Shown: piece after piece, positions 20,035-27,303 of the stretch | How positions within the stretch are numbered: position 1 is the stretch's first letter | How the letters are laid out: every line of letters begins with the position of its first letter | Translations under genes and position numbers: made by a program | The notes under the pieces: model-generated | The model's database searches: none | What the model was told of the DNA's origin: nothing | Seen by the model: the letters and a program-made list of their open reading frames with translations, nothing else | NCBI GenBank assembly: GCA_049599475.1 | Contig: JBMYOQ010000060.1 | Location: forward strand, 1 to 27,303 | Length of the DNA: 27,303 bases | From: Opitutales bacterium | GTDB lineage: Bacteria > Verrucomicrobiota > Verrucomicrobiia > Opitutales > JABSRG01 | Reading direction: 5' to 3'

Positions 20035-23000
20035 TCAAGCCTCAAGAGCCTGACTTGCTGGAGCGGACGCCGATTTCTTCGTGCTCAACTTGAAGCCCTT
20101 GATATCTTCGAGGATCAAATACAGGCAGGGCACCAGGAGCAGGATAATTCCTGTTGAGAATACGATACCAAAACCGAGCGAGATGGCCATCGGTATCAAG
20201 TATTGAGCCTGCATCGATTTCTCAAATATGATGGGTGCCAAGCCGCCGAAAGTGGTCAGCGTGGTGAGGAAGATGGGACGAAAACGGCGCACTCCGGCCA
20301 TTTCGACAGCCTCCCAAAGACTATGAGATTTGCGGAGATTGTTCGCGTAGTCGACCATGATCAAAGAGTCGTTCACCACTACCCCGGAGAGTGCTATGAC
20401 GCCCATAATGCTGACGATTGACAGGTCGTAGCCCAAGATCATGTGTCCGATGATGGCTCCGATGACTCCGAACGGAATCGCCACGAGCACTACAAACGGC
20501 TGGAAGTAGCTACGGAAGGCTACCGCGAGCAGGGCGTAGATTATGAAAATGGCAAAAGTGAACCCAACTTTTAGGCTGTCGGTCGCTTCTTTCATATCGG
20601 CATTTTGCCCTTCGAAGCTCCAGGTGAGGCCGGGGTAGGCTGCCCGTAGATCGGGGAGAACGACTTCATCCAGCTCTTTGATGATCTGGCTCGCAGTGCG
20701 CTTGGGCTCAGCGTCCATGGATACGCTAATACGGCGCAGACCATCTACGCGGTTAATCGTTGCGAATGCCTCCGCTTGCTTAAGGTCAACCACTTCCATG
20801 AGAGGCACTTCGATACCGCTCGGAGAGCGAATGATCATGTTCTCCAAATGATAGATCTCTTTTCGCTCCTCCGCTGGGAGTTTTACGCGAACTTCTACTT
20901 CATTGGTCCCGCGCATCATACGCAGGGCGAGGGCACCGAAGAATGAAGACCGCAACTCTCGGCCAATGTATTCTGGAGTGAATCCCATCGCCGCGCCTTC
21001 TGGTCGTAGGGTGAAGTCAAACTGCGTTTGCCCTCGGTTAAAGTTGTCGTTCACGTCTCGCGTATTTGAAAAAGACTCTGCAGTCGCCACAAGCGATTTG
21101 GTTACTTTCTCCAATACATCTATATCATTGTGGCTGAGGTCGACGCGAATTCCATCTCGGCCGCCACTCGGGCCGGCTTCCGCTTCAAATTTGATTTGGG
21201 AAATGCCGGGTAAGTCTCCGATCTCGTCCCGCCATATTTCGATGATTTGGTTCGCATTGAGTTCAGCCTCATCGGGAGGGAGCATTACAATCTCGCAATC
21301 GACGAATGAACCGCGTCGTACATTTGTCGATACGCCAGCAACGGTGGTGTGTAAATCGTGCTCGTCGACCATGCGTATCGTTGCGTCCGTGACTATTTGA
21401 GCGATTTCAGCGGCTTTGTCTGGAGTCACGCCTACGGGTAAGCGAATGCCAGCCTCGATCTCGTGGGCTGCGACCTCAGGCATATTGATCATGCCCATGT
21501 GCGCACTCTGCGAATAAGTGAGCGAAACGACTAAGAGCGCCAGCGCAGAAGCGAAGGTAATGTATCGGTATTTCAATGCCTTTTTCAGCACCGCGCGGTA
21601 TTTAGTATCTACGAAGCGATCAAAGGCATTGGCAAAGATGCGTTGGCGATCATGACAAAATTTGGAAATGCCTGTGCGGGTATCTCCAAGTCTTTTTTGA
21701 TGCCCTAAGTGTGCCGGCAGAATGTATAAAGCTTCAAAGAGAGATACGGCCAATACAATGATTACCACGATTGGCAGTGGGCCCCAGAATTTCCCCATTT
21801 CTCCGGGAATCATCATGAGTGGGATGAACGCTACGATATTTGAAAGAATACTGAAAATGACTGGACCGGCTACTTGCCGGGTGCCCTTCACTGCGGACTC
21901 CATAGCGCCTTTTCCTTGCTGTCTGTGTTCGTAGACATTTTCGCCCACGACAATGGCATCATCCACTACGATTCCCAACACGATCAAGAAGCCGAATAGG
22001 GTGATCATGTTGATGCTCACATCAAGGATTGGCAGGAAGAGAATACCGCCAAAAAACGAAATCACCATGCCCATCATGACCCAGAATGCTAAGCGCAACT
22101 CGAGAAACAGGGATAGAATCACCATTACGATGACTATGGCCAGCAAGCCATTCTCGACGACCAGGCTCACCCGTTGACGAAATTCCTCTGCATCATTGCT
22201 ACTTATTCGCCACTCTACGCCAGGTGGCAGGCCCATTTCAAATCCAGCCATTTCCTTTTCGACGGCTCGCGCAATGTCCAGCGGGGACTGATCTCCAATG
22301 CGATAGACTCCGATTTGAACAGAAGGCTTCCCGTTAAACTGGGACACAAATCCGCCGTCTTCAAAGCCATCGGTTATCTGCGCAATCTCGGCTAGGGTGA
22401 CGGCTTCTCCGGATTCACCTGTCACGATCTCAATCTCACCAAACTCATCGGAAAATTGCTTTCGCTCTTTCATGCGGAGCGCTATCTCGCCCGAGGCTGT
22501 CTCCACAGATCCTGCTGCAACATCCTCGCTCGAGGCACGGATGATACGGGCTACTTCATTGAGGGTCAGGTCGTATTCTCGAAGCGTATCACGGGGGATT
22601 TCAACCTGTGTTTCGTATCCTAATACACGGTTGAGCTGGACCTGAGAAATGTCCTCGTTTGCGCGCAATTGATCGCGCAGGCGTTCGCCCAGCTGACGGA
22701 GCGTCCAGTATTCGACATCGCCATACAAAGACAGTCGAAGGACCTGCCTTTGAGATGAGCGCAATTCGACATCGGGCTGATCAATATCCTCGGGAAAGGT
22801 CCGGATGCGGTTAATGGCCTGATCAATATCTTGGAATACCTTCATTCGGTTGGCTCCCGCGACCATTTCTATATTTACCCAGGCGCGCCCCTCTCGGGAC
22901 CATGAGCGCATGCGCTTGATGCCGTCGACGCCTTGAATGGCTTCCTCAATCGGTAGAAGGATTCCCTGTTCTACCTCAGTGGGGGCGGCTCCTGGGTAGC

Positions 23001-23175
23001 CTACGCTCACGCTTACGGCATCCAGGGTGTATTCAGGAAACACTTCTTTCTGCATGTTCACGGCGAAGAATAAACCTCCGCCCAGCAGTACAATCATCAG
23101 CAGGTTCGCCGCAATGGAGTTGCGCGCCATCCAGCCAATGGAGCCTTCAGACTTTTTGTCGTTTGAGTTGCTCAT
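20035..23175 (-). CDS. RND efflux transporter permease subunit (AcrB/AcrD/AcrF superfamily)
   Basis: 1046 aa; [36 protein letters not shown] and PMAISLGFG. Confidence 0.95.
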   Translation of the reverse strand: MSNSNDKKSEGSIGWMARNSIAANLLMIVLLGGGLFFAVNMQKEVFPEYTLDAVSVSVGYPGAAPTEVEQGILLPIEEAIQGVDGIKRMRSWSREGRAWVNIEMVAGANRMKVFQDIDQAINRIRTFPEDIDQPDVELRSSQRQVLRLSLYGDVEYWTLRQLGERLRDQLRANEDISQVQLNRVLGYETQVEIPRDTLREYDLTLNEVARIIRASSEDVAAGSVETASGEIALRMKERKQFSDEFGEIEIVTGESGEAVTLAEIAQITDGFEDGGFVSQFNGKPSVQIGVYRIGDQSPLDIARAVEKEMAGFEMGLPPGVEWRISSNDAEEFRQRVSLVVENGLLAIVIVMVILSLFLELRLAFWVMMGMVISFFGGILFLPILDVSINMITLFGFLIVLGIVVDDAIVVGENVYEHRQQGKGAMESAVKGTRQVAGPVIFSILSNIVAFIPLMMIPGEMGKFWGPLPIVVIIVLAVSLFEALYILPAHLGHQKRLGDTRTGISKFCHDRQRIFANAFDRFVDTKYRAVLKKALKYRYITFASALALLVVSLTYSQSAHMGMINMPEVAAHEIEAGIRLPVGVTPDKAAEIAQIVTDATIRMVDEHDLHTTVAGVSTNVRRGSFVDCEIVMLPPDEAELNANQIIEIWRDEIGDLPGISQIKFEAEAGPSGGRDGIRVDLSHNDIDVLEKVTKSLVATAESFSNTRDVNDNFNRGQTQFDFTLRPEGAAMGFTPEYIGRELRSSFFGALALRMMRGTNEVEVRVKLPAEERKEIYHLENMIIRSPSGIEVPLMEVVDLKQAEAFATINRVDGLRRISVSMDAEPKRTASQIIKELDEVVLPDLRAAYPGLTWSFEGQNADMKEATDSLKVGFTFAIFIIYALLAVAFRSYFQPFVVLVAIPFGVIGAIIGHMILGYDLSIVSIMGVIALSGVVVNDSLIMVDYANNLRKSHSLWEAVEMAGVRRFRPIFLTTLTTFGGLAPIIFEKSMQAQYLIPMAISLGFGIVFSTGIILLLVPCLYLILEDIKGFKLSTKKSASAPASQALEA

Positions 23176-24374
23176 TCGGATTCAGTAGTTTCGTCTAAAA
23201 GGCGCAATTTTAACCCCTGGGAAACGGTTGCCAGATTCGTCATTACCAAGGTTTCTCCATCTTCTACACCGCTATCGACGTAGGCATAGCTTTCATCGAG
23301 ATAGGCGATGGTGATGTCGCGGATATCGAGCTCCCCATCCTTCATGATCCATACTCGGTTTTCTCCGCGTAGATACTCACGGTCGATCTTGGCGACGTTT
23401 TTAAACTCTTTAGCCTGTATTCGGGTCTCGACTACAGTTCCGAGGAGGAGGGGCGGTCCGTCCGTTTTTTGAGCTAAGGGGTCGGAAATGCCGATGAGCA
23501 GGCGGGCTAGGCGCGTGCTTTCGTCGAGTGTGCCGATTAGGCGGAGGACTCGACCTTCACGGATGCTCTCAGGACCCCAGACCGTGGGCTTTGCAATTTC
23601 AACGGCCGCTCCAGGAGTGTTCTCCTTGGGGAGGTCAATCCACCTGAGGTCGGCTTGCGGTACAGAGGCGATGACCCAGTATTCGTCGATACCGACTAGG
23701 CTCGCAAGGTTTGTGCCTGAAGACACCTGAGAACCCATGTTAACCGAGCGCTCGATGATCTGAGAGTCAAAGGGAGCGAATACCTGCGTGCGGTCCAAGT
23801 CCAGCTGGGCCGTATCGCGCATGGCTTGGGAGGCGGCTAATCGGGCTTCAGCGATTCTGATTTGAGGTTCGCGCAAAATGAGGGAGCGATTGCTTGCATC
23901 GATCTCTTCTCCGAGGAGGGCAAACTCTTGCTCCGCTGCCGTCTGCTGGCCTTTTTCTAGTTCGAGGTCTGCCTTAGATTGCGCCAGATCGCTTTCGCGC
24001 ATAGCTAGCTGATTCACATAATCGGCTGGATCGATCTTAAGGAGTAGCTCGCCTTTTTCAACGAACCCTCCTGGGATAAAATCTTCGGAGAATGAAATGA
24101 TTTCTCCGCTTACCTGAGGCCGTAGCTCGATCTCTCGAGATGGCTCAACGGTGCCGAGCGCCGAGATCGTCGGGCGGAAGTCGCCGATCTTCAACTCGAC
24201 TACTTCGACCAGCGCGGCGCTGCGACGGGTGGCTCCATCGCGCTCCACCTCGGGCTCGGTAGCTTGTATCAGATACATGATACCCAGCGAGGCTCCGACA
24301 ATGGCTGATATTGCGATAAAAGTGATCAGCGTACTTTTGAGACCGCTATTAGATTCTGACGGATTGTCTGTCAT
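23172..24374 (-). CDS. RND periplasmic adaptor (membrane fusion protein)
   Basis: N-terminal [21 protein letters not shown], coiled-coil hairpin and APFD motif; ATGA overlap with the permease gene. Confidence 0.93.
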   Translation of the reverse strand: MTDNPSESNSGLKSTLITFIAISAIVGASLGIMYLIQATEPEVERDGATRRSAALVEVVELKIGDFRPTISALGTVEPSREIELRPQVSGEIISFSEDFIPGGFVEKGELLLKIDPADYVNQLAMRESDLAQSKADLELEKGQQTAAEQEFALLGEEIDASNRSLILREPQIRIAEARLAASQAMRDTAQLDLDRTQVFAPFDSQIIERSVNMGSQVSSGTNLASLVGIDEYWVIASVPQADLRWIDLPKENTPGAAVEIAKPTVWGPESIREGRVLRLIGTLDESTRLARLLIGISDPLAQKTDGPPLLLGTVVETRIQAKEFKNVAKIDREYLRGENRVWIMKDGELDIRDITIAYLDESYAYVDSGVEDGETLVMTNLATVSQGLKLRLLDETTESE

Positions 24375-24383
24375 GAGGTTTAT

Positions 24384-24467
24384 GAAAGGATAGATATAAA
24401 GGATAAGGGATGAATTTTAGGATGCAGCAGGGACTTTTATCCTTCATCCCTCAACCTTCATCCTTTC
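24384..24467. repeat. 7-nt periodic inverted-repeat element (GGATGAA / TTCATCC units)
   Basis: Left arm GAAAGGATAG-ATATAAA-GGATAAG-GGATGAA (24384-24414); right arm TTTATCC-TTCATCC-CTCAACC-TTCATCC-TTTC (24436-24467). Confidence 0.75.
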
Positions 24468-25856
24468 TAAATCGAGGCCGCCTGAAAGGGCCCGATAAAG
24501 ACTTACACGATTGCTTAGTAGATCGAGTTGCGCCGATAGTATGTCCCTTTGGAGTTGTTGGCCCGAGCGTAGATTCGTTAATACCGAAAGGTAATCGCTG
24601 GCCCCATTGAGGTATCTTGAGCGTAGCTGCCCGTAGGTTTGCTCGTTCAGCACCAGTTCTCTCTTTAGACTCTCAAAAACCAACTTCTGCGATTGTTCAG
24701 AGATTAGTGCATCCTCAACCTCTTGGCATGCCTCCAAGATGGTCTGTCCGTAGAGGGCTACTTTTTCTGATACATTTGCTGCGCGCCGGTCGATTTCCGA
24801 TTTGCGCAATCCGCCATCGTAGACCTGAGAGGACACTTGCCCGATAAGTGTCGCCGTCCAGGTTTCAAAAAGACCTGCGAGGGAGCTTGAATTACTTGAG
24901 AGTGAGGCCGATAAGTCGAAGCGGGGGTATTGGTCGGCGACCGCGGATGCGAGTGCTGCGTCGTCGGACAGGAGTTCGTAGTAGGCAGCGCGCACATCCG
25001 GGCGCTTTTGAATCAATTCACTGGGGACGCCTGGATCGGGCAGGGGTGGCAGCTCCGGAAACGTGCTGAGCGCGTCATCTGCATCGGGAGCCCCTGGGGA
25101 TGCGCCTTTCAGGACTTGGAGACGGTTGTATGAAAGCTGGATGCGCTCCTCGGCGCCAATAAGCTGTTGCTTTGTCGACTCGATAAGCTGGCGCTGGCGC
25201 AGGACATCCGCGCTGTCGATTTGACCCGATGAAAAACGGGCGAGCAGGATCTTTTCGATGTTCTCATTGATCCCGAGTTGGTTTTCGAGCAGTCGCTTGC
25301 GTAGCTGAGATTCGGTAAGAGACAGCCACGCGAGAGCGACTTCTGAAGAAATTGTCAGTGTGAGAGTCTCAGCATCCTCGAAAGCGACTTGGCTCTGCAA
25401 ACGTTGTGCTTCGACTTCTGCTTCGATTCTGCCCCAGAAGTCGATTTCGTAGCGAGCGGCGAGGTTGCGGTTTCCGGTGATGGCTCCGTCGGATGCATCC
25501 GTCTCTCGGTAGCGAGCGCTCAGGTCACCGTCGACATCGATGCGCCGGCTGGCCTCAGAACGCTTGGCGAGGGCTTCGGCTGCTTTTAATCGCTGCCATG
25601 CAGCCTCGATGGATAAATTTGTGTCGAGGGCGGCTTCGATATGCGCGCTGAGTTCCGGAGTCTCCAGCTCTTCCCACCAATGATCGGTGATGGGTTGATC
25701 GCCTCCGGTGCTAAAACTTGGATTGAGCTGAATGTTTGGCTCGAGCGAAATATCTGGAGACGTGCATGCACCTAGCATCAAAGCTGCACCCATTATCAGA
25801 GGTGCCCAAGGCGTTTTGCTGAGTTGCTTGGTGTAAGCGCGCATGTGTGGAGGCAT
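24444..25856 (-). CDS. outer-membrane efflux factor lipoprotein (NodT/OprM-like)
   Basis: Lipobox LGAC, WWEEL, YEIDFWGR, PSELIQKRPDVRAA, EVEDAL and LYRALSGG. Start could alternatively be 25844. Confidence 0.92.
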   Translation of the reverse strand: MPPHMRAYTKQLSKTPWAPLIMGAALMLGACTSPDISLEPNIQLNPSFSTGGDQPITDHWWEELETPELSAHIEAALDTNLSIEAAWQRLKAAEALAKRSEASRRIDVDGDLSARYRETDASDGAITGNRNLAARYEIDFWGRIEAEVEAQRLQSQVAFEDAETLTLTISSEVALAWLSLTESQLRKRLLENQLGINENIEKILLARFSSGQIDSADVLRQRQLIESTKQQLIGAEERIQLSYNRLQVLKGASPGAPDADDALSTFPELPPLPDPGVPSELIQKRPDVRAAYYELLSDDAALASAVADQYPRFDLSASLSSNSSSLAGLFETWTATLIGQVSSQVYDGGLRKSEIDRRAANVSEKVALYGQTILEACQEVEDALISEQSQKLVFESLKRELVLNEQTYGQLRSRYLNGASDYLSVLTNLRSGQQLQRDILSAQLDLLSNRVSLYRALSGGLDLERMKVEG

Positions 25857-26011
25857 AGCTCGTTTTCTCTATCCTTCAAATGTTAGGATCTGATAATGAC
25901 GAATTTCGTTCATTTGGGTTAATTTCGCTCATGTAGCGTCTTTTCGGCCACAATTCACAGATGAACACTAATCGCGTTTGAATCGCGCAGGCTTTTTGCT
26001 TTGGTCATGGC

Positions 26012-27037
26012 ATGAGATATTTGCCGCTCCTTCTATTGCTCCCACTTATAAACCTCTTCGCTGAAGAACCCATCCCGGTGAAAGTCGTGGTGCTGGCGAT
26101 GTATGAAAATGGTGAAGCGGTCGGCGACGAGCGCGGCGAACTGCAAACTTGGGTCGAGCGCAGTCACTACGACCAGAAGTTCGAATTTTCGATGGGAGTC
26201 CGCGATATTTACTACCGTAAAGATGGTCTGCTGATTACGATGACTGGTGGCGGCGTGACCAACGCCACAGCCACTGTCACTGCGCTTGGGATGGATCCTC
26301 GCTTCGATTTTACTCAGGCTTATTGGGTCATAGCAGGCATTGCCGGGGCGGATCCTGCGGATTGCGGGTTAGGTAGTGCTGCCTGGGCGAAATGGGTGGT
26401 CGATGGTGATTTGGCCAAGGAAATTGATCCTCGCGAAGCGCCTGAAGATTGGCCGTATGGATATATTGCACTTGGGGCTAAGAAACCCAAGGAAGCGGCA
26501 GAGGTCATGTGGATGAAGGATGTGCGTGCCTTTGAGCTCGACTCGGGATTAACCGAGTGGGCGTATGAAATTACCAAGGACGTCGAGCTCATGGACCATC
26601 CAGAACTCGAGGAATTTCGTAAGCTGTTTACCTATGAAAATGCGAAAAAGCCTCCCTTTGTCTTGATCGGCGATTCGCTGGGATCTTCGACTTACTGGCA
26701 CGGCTTCCGCCTCAATGAATGGGCAAATGACTGGGTGAAAATGCATAGCCGCGACGAGGGAAACTTCGTGATGACCAATATGGAAGACAACGGCACCTTG
26801 ACGGCCCTTAATCGCCTCTCAGAAGCGGGATATGTGGATGCTAAGCGTGTGCTCGTGCTCCGCACTGCGAGTAATTTCTCACAGCCGCCGCAGGGCAAGG
26901 ACGTCGCCTGGAGCACCACCGCACCGTATCCGGCGCAAGGAGAACCCGCTAAGGAAAATGCTTACCGTGTAGCGAATACAGTGGTTGAGGCCTTGATCGA
27001 GGGGTGGAGCGAATACGCTGAAGAGCTGCCCGAGTAA
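26012..27037 (+). CDS. NUP family ('purine nucleoside permease') secreted protein
   Basis: Signal peptide, KVVVLAMYE..GE.Q.WVER, LGMDPRFDFTQAYWVIAGIAG, SAAWA..VVDGDL..EID.RE, TNMED and VLRTASNF. Confidence 0.85.
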   Translation: MRYLPLLLLLPLINLFAEEPIPVKVVVLAMYENGEAVGDERGELQTWVERSHYDQKFEFSMGVRDIYYRKDGLLITMTGGGVTNATATVTALGMDPRFDFTQAYWVIAGIAGADPADCGLGSAAWAKWVVDGDLAKEIDPREAPEDWPYGYIALGAKKPKEAAEVMWMKDVRAFELDSGLTEWAYEITKDVELMDHPELEEFRKLFTYENAKKPPFVLIGDSLGSSTYWHGFRLNEWANDWVKMHSRDEGNFVMTNMEDNGTLTALNRLSEAGYVDAKRVLVLRTASNFSQPPQGKDVAWSTTAPYPAQGEPAKENAYRVANTVVEALIEGWSEYAEELPE

Positions 27038-27062
27038 TTGGTATCGTCGGTCTCGTTCCTGA

Positions 27063-27203
27063 GAATGTGGCTGCTTCAACAATGCTTCACGAGATAGCAG
27101 TCGATCTCCGAGCGGCTGATCGTAGGCCCAATAGCCGGGCTAATCTGTCGTGTTCCGCCGCCCGGTGATGGGGGCTATCGTCAGAATGTGGATGTCTCAC
27201 ATT
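27063..27203. mobile_element. MITE-like element family A, degenerate copy 2
   Basis: GAATGTGGCTGC (10/12 match to the copy-1 TIR), followed at near-identical spacing by the REP GATAGCAGTCGATCTCCGAGCGGCTG. Degenerate right REP arm at 27155-27179. Right TIR only weakly recognisable (CACATT). Confidence 0.55.
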
Positions 27204-27250
27204 TTAGGGTCTTGGGCTCGTTAGAATCTGGCGATGCGATTCATGTGAAC

Positions 27251-27303
27251 CTAGACCGTTTCTCAAAAGTCTTTTCGTTTACTCTCTGCGTATTCTGCAA
27301 ATG
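27251..27303. mobile_element. left end of MITE-like family D, copy 3 (truncated by window edge)
   Basis: CTAGACCGTTTCTCAAAAGTCTTTTCGTTTACTCT matches the left ends at 6840-6876 and 19853-19889. Its reverse complement matches the right ends TTTTGAAAAGGGTCT / TTGAGAAGGGGGC. Confidence 0.6.

Noticed and set aside
25948..25972. CCACAATTCACAGATGAACACTAAT resembling a half-array of the family-C decamers
   Set aside because: No opposing arm or TIRs; possibly a remnant but too degraded to call.

Overview
Bacterial chromosomal window, probably from a marine Verrucomicrobiota (Opitutales-like) genome. This is inferred from the PEP-CTERM proteins, FGly sulfatase, XylR-type regulator, PVC-type ECF sigma/FecR pair and general lack of Shine-Dalgarno motifs. 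Genes in order: GFA / YdeP-type molybdoenzyme / fdhD / membrane-protein cluster (-), two tandem paralogous PEP-CTERM proteins (-), sulfatase (-), XylR-type regulator divergent from uxaE + TRAP dctPQM (+), acnB (-), ECF sigma + FecR-domain anti-sigma (-), RND tripartite pump (-), and a NUP-family secreted protein (+). The most striking signal is non-coding. At least four different small TIR-bounded non-autonomous elements (MITE-like; my labels A-D) each carry a different internal palindromic cargo: REP-like doublets or 10-nt periodic inverted repeats. They recur across the window, sit just 3' of genes, and at 6840-7383 form a nested stack in which two elements have inserted at a CTAG inside a third. 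A separate 7-nt periodic inverted-repeat element supplies the last codons and the stop of the outer-membrane-factor gene. No transposase, tRNA, rRNA or CRISPR array was seen. All alignments and counts were done by eye.
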